From positions 42,842,001 to 42,906,000 of the forward strand of contig JBNRSN020000027.1 of assembly GCA_051313645.2 (NCBI GenBank): a DNA stretch of 64,000 bases, given 5' to 3'. The notes below the pieces were generated by a model. That model did not search any database. It was not told where the DNA came from and was given only the letters and a program-made list of their open reading frames with translations. Both the position numbers and the translations under genes were made by a program. This DNA comes from Centroscyllium fabricii (Eukaryota). Each line of letters begins with the position of its first letter. The stretch's first letter is position 1. Below, piece after piece: positions 22,267 through 33,897 of the stretch.

Positions 22267-23236
22267 CAAGAGCTGTGCAACATCTTTGAATGTGACCTAC
22301 CATCAAAATTTCACTTCCTTCCTTCTGAACTTGGAACCACTGAGGAAGAAGATAAAATTGAAATACAATGCTGCAGTATAAAACTTCAATTTCCTTTCAC
22401 AGTTGGAAGTGACGGTACGAAATCTGAAATGCCAAGCAGCTACATTCACGCATGTGCTCGTAAACATTCACCTAAAATACAATAATTTTGAACACTGTTT
22501 CTTGTCTCACATAGATTGCTAATTGAATGCAGATGAAATTCTAGTTCTCTATCAGCATCATTCACATTTTGGCATGGTGCACAACCACTTTGAAACCATA
22601 GCCTTAATCATAACATTTTGTCAGTGAATTTTTACCCTCAATGTTCCTTTCAAAGCAGGTGTAACCCAAAATGGCTGCCCACAGCATCGCATTGCTTCAT
22701 GTGCTGGATATAACTCAAACTGTTCAGTCATTTGCATGTTTTATAATAATTGACGTTCTATCGTCAGAATCTGGCTTTCGTGATCAGAAACAGGTGAGAG
22801 ATTGACGGCAACAGCACTTAAAAGATCGAAATATCTGCAGCGCTTTACAAAACATAAGCAATAGGAGCAGGAGTCGGCCATACAGCCCCTCGAGCTTGCT
22901 CAGTCATTCAATAAGATCATAGCTGAACTTTTACGTCATCTCCACTTTCCTGCCCTATCCCCATATCCCATCATTCCCATAGTGACCAAAAATCTATCGA
23001 TCTCAATCTTGAATATACTCAACAACTGAGCATCCACAGCCCTCTGGGATAGAGAATTCCAAAGATTCACAATCGTCTGAGTGAAGAAATTTACCCTGAA
23101 CTCCGTCCTAAATGGCCGACCCCTTATTCTGAGACAATGACCCCTAGTCCTAGACTCAAGCCAGGGGAAACCGCCTCTCAGCATCTATGCTGTCAAACCC
23201 CCTCCGTTTCAGTGCGATCACCTCTCATTCTTCATT

Positions 23237-23600
23237 GGGACGACACGGTGGCGCAGTGGTTAGCACTGCTGCCTCGCAATAAGGAGCTCCTGGGTTCGAA
23301 TCCTGCTTGGCCCGGGACTTCTCTGCGTGGAGTTTGCATGTTCTTCCCATGTTCGTGTGGGTTTCCTCCGGGTACTCCGGTTTCCTCCCACCATCCAAAG
23401 ACATGAAGGTTAGGTGAATTGGAGATACTAAAAATTGCCCATGAGTATGTGTGTGAGATATAATTCGTAGAGTTGGGGGTGTCGGGGGATATGGGGAGAG
23501 GGTAGGAGGGGGTGCTGGGTTTGGATGATCAGCCATGATCTCGTCAAAATGGCGGAGCAGGCTCGAAGGGCCGAATGGCCTACTCCTGCTCCTATCTTCA
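23237..23600 (+). mobile_element. V-SINE, second subfamily
   Basis: A box TGGCGCAGTGG, B box GGTTCGAATCC, V core, same CR1-type tail as other copies but a different middle. Confidence 0.85.
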
Positions 23601-23701
23601 GTGTAAACTCCACTCCAGGTATTATCATAGAAATTTTACAGTGCGGATAAGGGCCATTCGGCCCATCCAGTCCGCACCGGCCCAGGAAACTCCTCGCTAT
23701 A

Positions 23702-26590
23702 CTAACCCCATTTGCCCGCACCTGGCCCATAACCCTGTATGTTATGGTCCTTCATGTGCTGGTCCAAATATTTTTTAAATGTTGCGATGGTTTCTGTTTC
23801 CACCACCCTTACAGGCAGGGAGTTCCAGACTTCCACCACCCTCTGGGTAAAGAAATTTCTCCTTACCTCCCCCCTAAACCTCCCTCCCCTAATCTTGAAT
23901 CTATGTCCCCTAGTACTTGACTCTCCCACCAATGGAAACAATGCCCCTTTATCTACCCTATCGTGTCCTCTCATGATCTTGTAGACCTCAATCATGTCAC
24001 CCCTCCACCTTCTCTTCTCCAGGGCAAACAACCCCAGCCTGTCCAGCCTCTCTTCGTAGCATACGTCCCCCAGACCAGGTATCATCCTGGTAAACCTTCT
24101 CTGCACCCTTTCCAGGGCAACCACGTCCTTCCTGAAGTGCGGTGACCAGAACTGCACACAGTACTCCAGCTGGGGTCTCACCAGTGTATTATACAAGTTT
24201 AACATTACCTCCCTACTTTTGTATACTATGCCCTGGTTAATAAAGGCCAGAATTCCGTATGCCTTCTTAACCACCTTGTTAACGTGTCCAGCAACCTTCA
24301 GGGAGCTGTGCACCTGTACCCCTAGGTCCCTCTGTTCCTCGGTCCTATTTAACGTTTTGTTGTTCATGGTATATTCCCTTACCCCGTTTGGTCTACCGAA
24401 TTGAATGACCTCGCATTTCTCTGGGTTGAACTCCATTTGCCATTTTTCTGCCCAATTAACCATTAGATCTATATCCTCCTGAAGCCCCTTACTATCCTCA
24501 TCATTGTTTACCACCCTTCCGATTTTCGTATCATCAGCGAATTTGCTGATCATGCCCCCTACTCCCATATCCAAATCGTTGATGTATACTAGAAACAGTA
24601 AGGGTCCCAAAACCGATCCCTGGGGGACACCACTGGTTACTGGTTTCCAGTCACAGAAGCAGCCCTCTACCATTACCCTCTGTCTCCTATCCCCTAGCCA
24701 ATTTTCGATCCACTGTGCCAAGTTGCCCTGAATCCCGTGCGCTCTAACCTTTGTTATTAGTCTCCTATGTGGGACTTTATCAAAAGCTTTGCTAAAGTCC
24801 ATATACACTACGTCCACAGTACTCCCTTCATCCACCCTCTTTGTTACCTCCTCAAAGAATTCCAACAGGTTAGTCAGGCACGACTTACCTTTGACGAAGC
24901 CATGCTGACTGTCCCTTATGAGACCTTGTTTGTCCAAATGCGAGCTGATTTTGTCCCTCAGAATTTTTTCCATCACTTTCCCTACTACAGATGTAAGACT
25001 GATTGGCCTATAGTTACCCGGTTTGTCCCTACTACCCTTTTTAAACAGGGGTACTACATTAGCCGTTCTCCAGTCCTCAGGTACATCCCCTGACGCGAGA
25101 GAGGTCCTGAAGATTTGAGACAGGGGGCCCGCAAGCTCTTCCCTGGCCTCGAACAGCAGCCTGGGGAACATTGCGTCCGGCCCTGGTGATTTGTCCACCT
25201 TTAGGCCTCCCAAGATTTCTAAAACTTCTTCCCTTGTAGTGGTAATATCCTTGATTACCCCCCCTACACTCTGTCCGATTTCGATGTCGGTATCGTCCCT
25301 CTCTTTTGTGAATACTGAAGAGAAGAATTCATTTAGTACCTCCCCCACCTCCTCAGGCTCGACGCACAGCTTTCCGCTATCGTCCTTAATGGGCCCCACT
25401 CTTTCCCTCGTGATCCTTTTGTTTTTTATATAACCATAAAAAGCCTTAGGGTTTTCCTTGATTTTACTGGCCATTGTAATCTCATGACCTCTCTTGGCTT
25501 TTCTTATCTCCTTCTTTAAATCACCCCTATATTTCTTATACTCCCCTAGTGCCTCCTCGGTTTTTAGCCGTTTATATTCATTGAAAGCCCCCCTTTTTTT
25601 CTTCATTAATTTACATATATCCCTAGACATCCAAGGTTCCCTTTGTTTGCCTCCCCCACCCTTAATTTTTGCAGGAACATGTTCCTCCTGTATCTTCCCG
25701 ACTTCCCTTCTGAAGGCCTCCCACTGCTCTGATGCAGATCTTCCTCTGAGAAGATGGCCCCAGTCTACTGCGGCTAAATCGTTCCTAATTTTATTGAAAT
25801 CCGCCTTCCCCCAGTTTAGTACTTTTACCCCTGGTCCATTTTTATCTTTCTCCATTACAATTTTGAAACTAACTGAATTGTGGTCGCTATCCCCGAAGTG
25901 CTCCCCCACTGTTACCTCCTCAATCTGACCGTCCTCGTTCCCAAGTATTAGGTCTAGTACCGCCCCCCCCCTTGTAGGTGACCCAACATATTGTTTCAAA
26001 AAATTTTCTTGGCTGCATTGTAGAAATGCTGAACCTTCCGTGCCCCTCACACTTTGATTTTCCCAGTTGATATTGGGGAAATTGAAGTCCCCTAATATTG
26101 TTACTTTATTATTTTCACTTATCTTCGTGATTTGTTCACATATCTTATCCTCTACCTCCCCTTTACTGTTTGGTGGTCTATAATAAACTCCCAGTAAGGT
26201 GCCCCCCCCCTTTTTATTTTTTACCTCCACCCATAGTGCCTCGTTTGAGGATTCGTCCATTAGGTCGACCCGCCTAATGGCTGTGATTGAATCCTTAATC
26301 AGTATCGCTACCCCCCCTCCCCTTTTTCCCTCGTCTCTGTCCCGCCTGAAAATTCTATACCCCGGAATGTTTAGCTGCCATTCTTGCCCCTCTTTCAGCC
26401 ACGTCTCCGTGATAGCTACTATATCATATTCCCATGAGTCAACCAATACCTTTAATTCATCCACTTTGTTAGTCAGACTCCTTGCGTTAAAGTATATGCC
26501 TTTCATTCTCTGTCCTAACACTACCTTGTTTTGCTGTCTAGTCTGCTTTCCTTTATTAGGTTGTGTTCCCCTATCCATTATACCTTCCAT
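23702..26590 (-). CDS. CR1 ORF2: APE endonuclease plus reverse transcriptase (962 aa)
   Basis: NARSL, ITETW, GDFN, SDHN endonuclease motifs; DFSKAFDKV, GVPQGSVLGP, FADD RT motifs. Confidence 0.95.
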   Translation of the reverse strand: MEGIMDRGTQPNKGKQTRQQNKVVLGQRMKGIYFNARSLTNKVDELKVLVDSWEYDIVAITETWLKEGQEWQLNIPGYRIFRRDRDEGKRGGGVAILIKDSITAIRRVDLMDESSNEALWVEVKNKKGGGTLLGVYYRPPNSKGEVEDKICEQITKISENNKVTILGDFNFPNINWENQSVRGTEGSAFLQCSQENFLKQYVGSPTRGGAVLDLILGNEDGQIEEVTVGEHFGDSDHNSVSFKIVMEKDKNGPGVKVLNWGKADFNKIRNDLAAVDWGHLLRGRSASEQWEAFRREVGKIQEEHVPAKIKGGGGKQREPWMSRDICKLMKKKRGAFNEYKRLKTEEALGEYKKYRGDLKKEIRKAKRGHEITMASKIKENPKAFYGYIKNKRITRERVGPIKDDSGKLCVEPEEVGEVLNEFFSSVFTKERDDTDIEIGQSVGGVIKDITTTREEVLEILGGLKVDKSPGPDAMFPRLLFEAREELAGPLSQIFRTSLASGDVPEDWRTANVVPLFKKGSRDKPGNYRPISLTSVVGKVMEKILRDKISSHLDKQGLIRDSQHGFVKGKSCLTNLLEFFEEVTKRVDEGSTVDVVYMDFSKAFDKVPHRRLITKVRAHGIQGNLAQWIENWLGDRRQRVMVEGCFCDWKPVTSGVPQGSVLGPLLFLVYINDLDMGVGGMISKFADDTKIGRVVNNDEDSKGLQEDIDLMVNWAEKWQMEFNPEKCEVIQFGRPNGVREYTMNNKTLNRTEEQRDLGVQVHSSLKVAGHVNKVVKKAYGILAFINQGIVYKSREVMLNLYNTLVRPQLEYCVQFWSPHFRKDVVALERVQRRFTRMIPGLGDVCYEERLDRLGLFALEKRRWRGDMIEVYKIMRGHDRVDKGALFPLVGESSTRGHRFKIRGGRFRGEVRRNFFTQRVVEVWNSLPVRVVETETIATFKKYLDQHMKDHNIQGYGPGAGKWG

Positions 26591-26613
26591 CTGGGTCCCC
26601 TCCCCCTGCCAAA

Positions 26614-27570
26614 TTAGTTTAAACCCACCCCAACCCGGCTAGCAAACCTTCCCGCAAGGATATTGGTCCCCTTCTGGTTCAGGTGCAATCCGTCCTGCAT
26701 GTATAGGTTCCACCTTCCACAGAAGTAAGACCAATTATCCAAAAAGCTGAAACCCTCCCTCCTACACCAATCTCTTAGCCACGAATTAAGCTGCTCTATC
26801 TTACGGTTCCAATACTCACTAGCTCGTGGCACTGGGAGTAATCCAGAGATTACAACCTTTGGGGTCCTGCTTTTTAGCTTTTTACCTAGCTCCCCAAATT
26901 TTCTTTGCAGGACCTCGTCCCCCTGTTTTCCTATGTCGTTGGTGCCAATGTGGACCACAACTTCTACCTGGTCCCCTGCCCCCCTCAAGATGCCCTGCAG
27001 CCGCTCTGTGACATCCCGGACCCTGGCACCAGGGAGGCAAGTAACCATCCTGGTGTCACATCCGCGGCCGCAGAACCGCCTCTCTGTGCCCCTTACAATT
27101 GAATCCCCTATTACTACTGCTGGCACACTAGTTTCCCTCCCTTTCTGGGCAGCCCCAGCACCCCCGGTGCCTGGAAGTAGGCTGCTGCCGCCCTCCCCCG
27201 GTAGGTCGTCCCCCTCCACAGTATCCAAAGCGGTATACTTGTTGATCAGGGGGACGGCCACAGGGGTTCCCAGCACTTCCTTCCTCGCTCTGGCACTCCT
27301 CTTGGTGGTCGACCATTCTTCTTCTAACTGGTCTATTTTAGTCTTTGGTGTGACCACTCTCTCATACGTGCTATCCACGACCCGCTCGTCGTTGCCCACG
27401 CTCCACAATGACTCCATCTGCCGCTCTAGCACCGTTATGCGGTCGGCTAAGAGCTGCAGATAGACGCATCTCCTGCATACGTGTTCATCAGGGGCCCCGT
27501 TTGGGTCCCTGAATTCCCACATGCTACAGGTGGAGCATATGACTGCGACGGCCTGCACTATGTCTCCCAT
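26614..27570 (-). CDS. CR1 ORF1: zinc finger/coiled coil plus SGNH esterase-like domain (318 aa)
   Basis: CSTC...CRRC, then GDSIVR, PGA, GTND and DGLH blocks of the SGNH fold known from CR1 ORF1 proteins. Confidence 0.92.
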   Translation of the reverse strand: MGDIVQAVAVICSTCSMWEFRDPNGAPDEHVCRRCVYLQLLADRITVLERQMESLWSVGNDERVVDSTYERVVTPKTKIDQLEEEWSTTKRSARARKEVLGTPVAVPLINKYTALDTVEGDDLPGEGGSSLLPGTGGAGAAQKGRETSVPAVVIGDSIVRGTERRFCGRGCDTRMVTCLPGARVRDVTERLQGILRGAGDQVEVVVHIGTNDIGKQGDEVLQRKFGELGKKLKSRTPKVVISGLLPVPRASEYWNRKIEQLNSWLRDWCRREGFSFLDNWSYFCGRWNLYMQDGLHLNQKGTNILAGRFASRVGVGLN

Positions 27571-28224
27571 TTTTCTCTTAAATCCCTAGTAGACTTAGAC
27601 TACTCTGTCTCTACTGTATCTCTGCTAAATTATAATAAGTATATATAGTATAAGTAATAAGTATAAGTATATATATATACTCAATCTCTCCTCAGATGAC
27701 AGCCCTCTAATCCCAGTAATCAATCTATTGAACATTGTTGCACCCCCTCTAATGCATGTATAAGTACTGCAGATGGGGGTCTCACCAAAGCCCGATATAC
27801 TTGCAGCAAGACTTCCTTACTCTTACACTCCAACCCCATTGCAATAAAGGCTAACATACCATTTGCCCTCCTAATTGCTTGCTGTACCTGCAGGTTAACT
27901 TTCTGTGGTTCGTGTACAAGGACACCCAAATACCTCTGAATCCCAACATTTACTAGTCTCTGACCTTTTTTATATTACACTCAGTCCCCTCATCTAAGCC
28001 ATTGATAGAGATTGTAAGTAGCTGAGGCCCAAGCGCCAATCCTGGCAGCATTCCACTAGTTACACTCTGCCATCCTGAAAATGACCCATTGCTACTATGT
28101 TTTCACCAGTCCTCAATCCATGCTAATCTTTTACCCCCCAATGCCATGAGCCCTAATCTTGTGTTACAAACTATTGTGTGGCACCTTCAGAAAATCCAAA
28201 TATACTACATCCACTAATTCCCCC

Positions 28225-29000
28225 AAGAAGCCCAAGGAATGTTGGCTTTCATTGCTAGGGGGATAGAATATAAAAATAGGGAGGTATTGCTTCAGTTGTA
28301 CAAGGTATTGGTGAGACCGCATCTGGAATACTGCATACAGTTTTGGTGTCCTTACTTAAGAAAGGATATACTTGCTCTCGAGTCAGTACAAAGAAGGTTC
28401 ACTCGGTTAATCCCAGGGATGAGGGGTTGGACATATGAGGAGAGGTTGAGTAGATTGGGACTCTACTCATTGGAGTTCAGAAGAATTAGGGGCGATCTTA
28501 TTGAAACATATAAGATTGTGAAGGGGTTGGATCGGGTGGACGCGGGGAGGATGTTCCCAATGATGGGTGAAACTAGAACTAGGGGGCATAATCTTAGAAT
28601 AAGGGGCTGCTCTTTCAAAACTGAGATGAGGAGAAACTACTTCACTCAGAGGGTGGTAGGTCCATGGAACATGCTGCCCCAAAAAGCTGTAGAAGCTACA
28701 TCATTACATAAATTTAAAACAGAAATAGACAGCTTCCTAGAAGTAAAAGGGTTACAGGGAGCGGGCAGGAATTTGGACATGAGTCCAGGTTCAGATCGGT
28801 CATGGCCCTGTGGGTAGTGGAGCGGGCCCAGGGACCGTGTAGCCTGATCCTGCTCCTATTTCGTGTGTCTAACTCTGTTAGATTCAGGAGATGGTTCTGT
28901 GATAGTAGATTGGTGGTTAGGATCAGATCAGCCATGATCTTATTGAATGGCTCAAGGGGCCAATTGGCCTACTCCTGCTCCTATTTCTTATGTTCTTATC
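28225..29000 (+). mobile_element. 5'-truncated CR1 with doubled 3' terminus
   Basis: ORF 28239-28817 (LVRPHLEYC, TRGHNLRI); CCTGCTCCTATTTC occurs at ~28849 and again at ~28974 before a (TTCTTATG)-type tail. Confidence 0.85.
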
Positions 29001-29454
29001 TACCCTGCAAGTTACACCCTCAAAAAACTCTAACAGATTTGTTAAACACGATTTCCCTTTTGTGAAACCTATTTTCTAGATTCTAGCATTTTCCCTACTA
29101 CTGATGTCAGGCTAACTGGCCTATAGTTCCTAGTTTTCTCTCTTCATCCCTGAACACCGATATGATTGTCTGCTGTCAAATATCTGCTTCAGGACATGTT
29201 CACAATTAGCCATCTGGGATTGGTTAGCTATTTATACAAACCATGCCGAAGACATGGGTAAGAGATCCAGTGATTACTTACTTCATTGAAGACTGGAGAG
29301 GGATTTGGCCAGCTGTCCATTCGGTTTCTATTTGTAACATGGAAAGGGAGTTCCAATCAGAGTTTTTCCACAAAGACAGCTATACCCCATATAAATTGAA
29401 TTAAATAGGTGTGGTTAGATCCTTTACCTGTTGGTGATATTCTAGATCAAAAAC

Positions 29455-32343
29455 AAGAAGTCTGACTAACAAGGTGGATGAGTTAAAGGTATTGGTTGAC
29501 TCATGGGAATATGATATAGTAGCTATCACGGAGACGTGGCTGAAGGAGGGGCAGGAATGGCAGCTAAATATTCCGGGGTATAGAAGTTTCAGGCGGGACA
29601 GAGACGAGGGAAAAAGGGGAGGGGGGGTAGCGATACTGATTAAGGATTCAATCACAGCCATCAGGCGGGTCGACCTAATGGATGATTCCTCAAACGAGGC
29701 ACTATGGGTGGAGGTAAAAAATAAAAAGGGGGGGGCACCTTACTGGGAGTATACTATAGACCACCAAACAGTAAAGGGGAGATGGAGGATAAGATATGTG
29801 AGCAAATCACGAAGATAAGCGAAAAAAACAAAGTAATAATATTAGGGGACTTTAATTTCCCCAACATCAACTGGGATTGTCAGAGTGTGAGGGGCACGGA
29901 AGGTTCAGCATTCTTAAAATGCAGCCAAGAGAGTTTTTTGAAGCAATATGTAGGGTCACCTACAAGGGGGGGGGGGCGGTACTAGACCTAATACTTGGGA
30001 ACGAAGACGGGCAGATAGAGGAGGTAACAGTGGGGGAGCACTTCGGGGATAGCGACCACAATTCAGTTAGTTTCAAGATTGTAATGGAGAAGGATAAAAA
30101 TGGACCAGGGGTAAAAGTACTAAACTGGGGGAAGGCGGATTTCAATAAAATTAGGCGCGATGTAGCCGCAGTGGATTGGGGCCATCTTCTCAGAGGAAGA
30201 TCTGCATCAGAGCAGTGGGAGGCCTTCAGAGGGAAGGTCGGGAAGATACAGGAGGAACATGTTCCTGCAAAAATTAAGGGCGGGGGAGGTAAACAAAGGG
30301 AACCTTGGATGTCTAGAGATATATGTAAATTAATGAAGAAAAAAAGGGGGGCTTTCAATGAATATAAACGGCTAAAAACTGAGGAGGCACTAGGGGAGTA
30401 TAAGAAGTATAGGGGGGAATTAAAGAAGGAGATAAGAAAAGCCAGGAGGGGTCATGAGATTGCAATGGCCGGCAAAATCAAGGATAACCCTAAGGCATTT
30501 TACAGTTATATAAAAAACAAAAGGATCACGAGGGAAAGGGTGGGGCCCATTAAGGACGATAGCGGAAAGTTGTGCGTCGAGCCCGAGGCGGTGGGGGAGG
30601 TACTAAACGAATTTTTCTCTTCAGTATTCACAAGAGAGAGTGACGTAACCGACATCGTAATCGGACAGAGTGCAGGGGGGGGTAATTGAGGATATTACCA
30701 TTACAGGGGAAGAAGTACTAGAAATCTTGGGAAGCTTAAAGGTAGACAAATCACCAGGGCCGGACGCGATGCTCCCCAGGCTGCTGTTCGAGGCCAGGGA
30801 AGAGCTTGCGGGCCCCCTGTCTCAAATTTTCAGGTCCTCTCTCGCGTCAGGGGATGTACCTGAGGACTGGAGAACGGCTAATGTAGTACCCCTGTTTAAA
30901 AAGGGTAGTAGGGACAAACCGGGTAACTACAGGCCAATCAGTCTTACATCTGTAGTGGGGAAAGTAATGGAAAAAATTCTGAGGGACAAAATCAGTTTGC
31001 ATTTGGAAAAGCAGGGTTTGATAAGGGATAGTCAGCATGGCTTCGTCAAAGGTAAGTCGTGCCTAACTAATCTGTTGGAATTCTTTGAAGAGGTAACAAA
31101 GAGGGTGGATGAAGGGAGTACTGTTGACGTGGTGTATATGGACTTTAGCAAGGCTTTTGATAAAGTCCCACATAGGAGACTAATAACAAAGGTTAAAGCA
31201 CATGGGATACAGGGCAACTTGGCACAGTGGATTCAAAATTGGCTGGGGGATAGGAGACAAAGGGTAATGGTAGAGGGCTGCTTCTGTGACTGGAAACCAG
31301 TAACCAGTGGTGTCCCCCAAGGATCGGTTTTGGGACCCTTACTGTTTCTAGTATACATCAATGATTTGGACATGGGAGTAGGGGGTACGATCAGCAAATT
31401 TGCTGATGATACGAAAATTGGAAGGGTGGTAAATAACGATGAAGATAGTAAAAGGCTTCAGGAAGATATAAATGTAATGGTTAGTTGGGCAGAAAAATGG
31501 CAAATGGAGTTCAACCCAGAGAAATGCGAGGTCATACAATTCGGCAGACCAAATGGGGTAAGGGAATATACCATGAACAAAAAAACGTTAGGTAGGACCG
31601 AGGAACAGAGGGACCTTGGGGTACAGGTGCACAGCTCCCTGAAGGTTGCTGGACACGTAAACAAGGTGGTTAAGAAGGCATACGGAATTCTGGCCTTTAT
31701 TAACCAGGGCATAGTATACAAAAGTAGGGAGGTAATGTTAAACTTGTATAACACGCTGGTGAGACCTCAGCTAGAGTACTGTGTGCAATTCTGGTCACCG
31801 CACTTCAGGAAGGATGTGGGTGCCCTGGAGAGGGTGCAGAGAAGGTTTACCAGGATGATACCTGGTCTGGGGGACTTATGCTACGAGGAAAGGCTGGACA
31901 GGCTGGGGTTGTTTGCCTTGGAGAAGAGAAGATTGAGGGGTGACATGATTGAGGTGTACAGGATCATGAGAGGACACGATAGGGTGGATAAAGGGGCATT
32001 GTTTCCCTTGGTGGGAGAGTCAAATACTAGGGGACATAGATTCAAGATTAGGGGGGGGAGGTTTAGGGGGGAGGTAAGGAAAAATGTCTTTACTCAGAGG
32101 GTGGTGGAAGTGTGGAACTCCCTGCCTGTAAGGGTGGTGGAGGCAGAAACCATCGCAACATTTAAAAAATATTTGGACCAGCACATGAAGGACCGTAACA
32201 TACAGGGTTATGGGCCAGGTGCGGGCAAATGGGGTTAGTATAGTGAGGAGTTTCCTGGGCCGGTGCGGACTGGATGGGCCGAATGGCCTTTATCCGCACT
32301 GTAAAGTTTCTATGATTCTTCTATGATTCTATGATTCTATGAT
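29455..32343 (+). mobile_element. 5'-truncated CR1, same subfamily as 23624-27678, inverted relative to it
   Basis: ORF2 in pieces 29474-32238 with three G-run frameshifts; (ATTCTATG)n tail at ~32310-32343. Confidence 0.93.
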
Positions 32344-33129
32344 TGTCGCTGCACAGTTTTTGGAAGTGCAAGAATTTAGAATTGATTTCCAAGAAGATTC
32401 TATCAAACACACAGCAGCTAATTAATGTAAAACTACCTGTGGACTCTTTCTTAAGCGAGCTGCCTTATAACGATGCCCATGATCCATAATGGTATAATTT
32501 CAGGTCGGATGACGGGGTTCCGTTGTTCATTATTTACACTCAGAGCTGCCCTTATTAAACAATTTGCTGGAAGAAACTAGAGTTGGAAAATGTCAGATGT
32601 GCAATCCATCCATAGAAGGACATTCTTGAAAAAATCTGCTGCTCATTTTTCTTTTTGAAGTGATCTGCAGGGATCTCTTGATAACAATAAGGAATAAGTC
32701 TGAATCCTTCCAGAGAAATGGATATGGCTCTTGAGTACTAGGAACAGAGTGAGCTGGAGGCCATACAATGGGAAGGGAGGAAAACAGAGACAAATCTATT
32801 GCACACATTTGGTGAATGGCTCAGGCATGTACTGTGGGATGTTCCCAACAACCTCTCTCTAGTTTTTTCTCTTTTTTTAAATATACTGTTGTAGGTGAGT
32901 GAGTTTTCCTATCAAAATGAGGGAGCCCACACGGAGGAAAGGTTCACAACAGGTCTTTTAGTTCTAAACTCCAAATCAACACTGAACACAAAAGCCCGCC
33001 CAAAACCCTGTACCTGTAAAGGATACATTAACAATTACATTCGTGCCTAACACCCTCTTTGAATTGCCGGAGGGTGTTAGGAGTCTGTTGGGGAGAATTA
33101 TATACATGAGTATTATATACAGATATCTA

Positions 33130-33897
33130 GGGGGGGATTTTGCCGGAAGTGTGGGAACCTGCGGAGATTGGTCGGGGCGGGTTCCTGTCCCGCCTGCCCA
33201 AAGACCTGGGAACCCCATGCAATTTTCATTTCATTGCGTTATTAAATCACCGCCTGCGGCAGCCGGTGGTAATTAACTCAATTGAGTCGGGGCTCCAGCG
33301 GGTTTCAAGCAGCTTGATTGACAGTTCCAGCACTGGTTGTTGACGGTTCCCATGGAAAGACTCCACTGTGACATCACAGTCGAGTGGAACCAATGGGAAA
33401 GGTCAGGTGCTGGTGACTGACGGGTGGGCGGGCGGGCTCCGAATCCTTGACAGCTCGGCACCGGCTGTGAGGAAATGTGCAAAGCTGAGATTTCTCCGTT
33501 TTTGCTCACAGCTGGTGCTCCCACCACGGAGTGACTTACTCCTCTAAGGTGCTGGAGGCATGCCAAGCATTTTGCAGCATGTCCTTCCCCCACCTTGAAG
33601 GAGAAAGTAATGAACAGCTCACCCAGTGAGGTTTTAGGCTGGCGGGGTTAGGGTGGGAATGGCATGAAAATTCAGAAGGGCCCTTAAAATGGCATTACAC
33701 GTGTCAATTAAGGGCCCTTAACAAGGTGACAACCCACCCCCTCTGGCCACCGGCGGGAAGGTTTTGGGGCGGGGGAAAATGTTAAAGCGGCGGGGATCCA
33801 GCGGGGCGGGGGGGGGGGGTCGCAACCCACTGGTCCCGCTATTTTGCCGGCTGACCCGCCGAAAACCCCACCTCACGGGGACATGAAAATCCCCCCC
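33130..33897. mobile_element. Harbinger-like MITE family A (inverted copy)
   Basis: GGGGGGGATTTT / AAAATCCCCCCC termini, CTA on both flanks; reverse-complement homolog of 670-1438. Confidence 0.8.

Larger units (their letters stand above)
23624..27678 (-). mobile_element. Young CR1 LINE with both ORFs intact (only ~110 nt of 5' UTR retained)
   Basis: ORF1 plus ORF2 uninterrupted; 3' end ...GCACTGTAAAATTTCTATGAT; 5' boundary approximate. Confidence 0.93.
22852..29150 (-). mobile_element. Old degraded CR1 LINE split into pieces (22852-23233, ~23603-23620, 27679-28224, 29000-29150) by three younger insertions
   Basis: Pieces read as consecutive ORF2 segments (TRGHCLRIRGRPF, ANGMLAFIAM) and join across the insertions. 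Confidence 0.7.
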
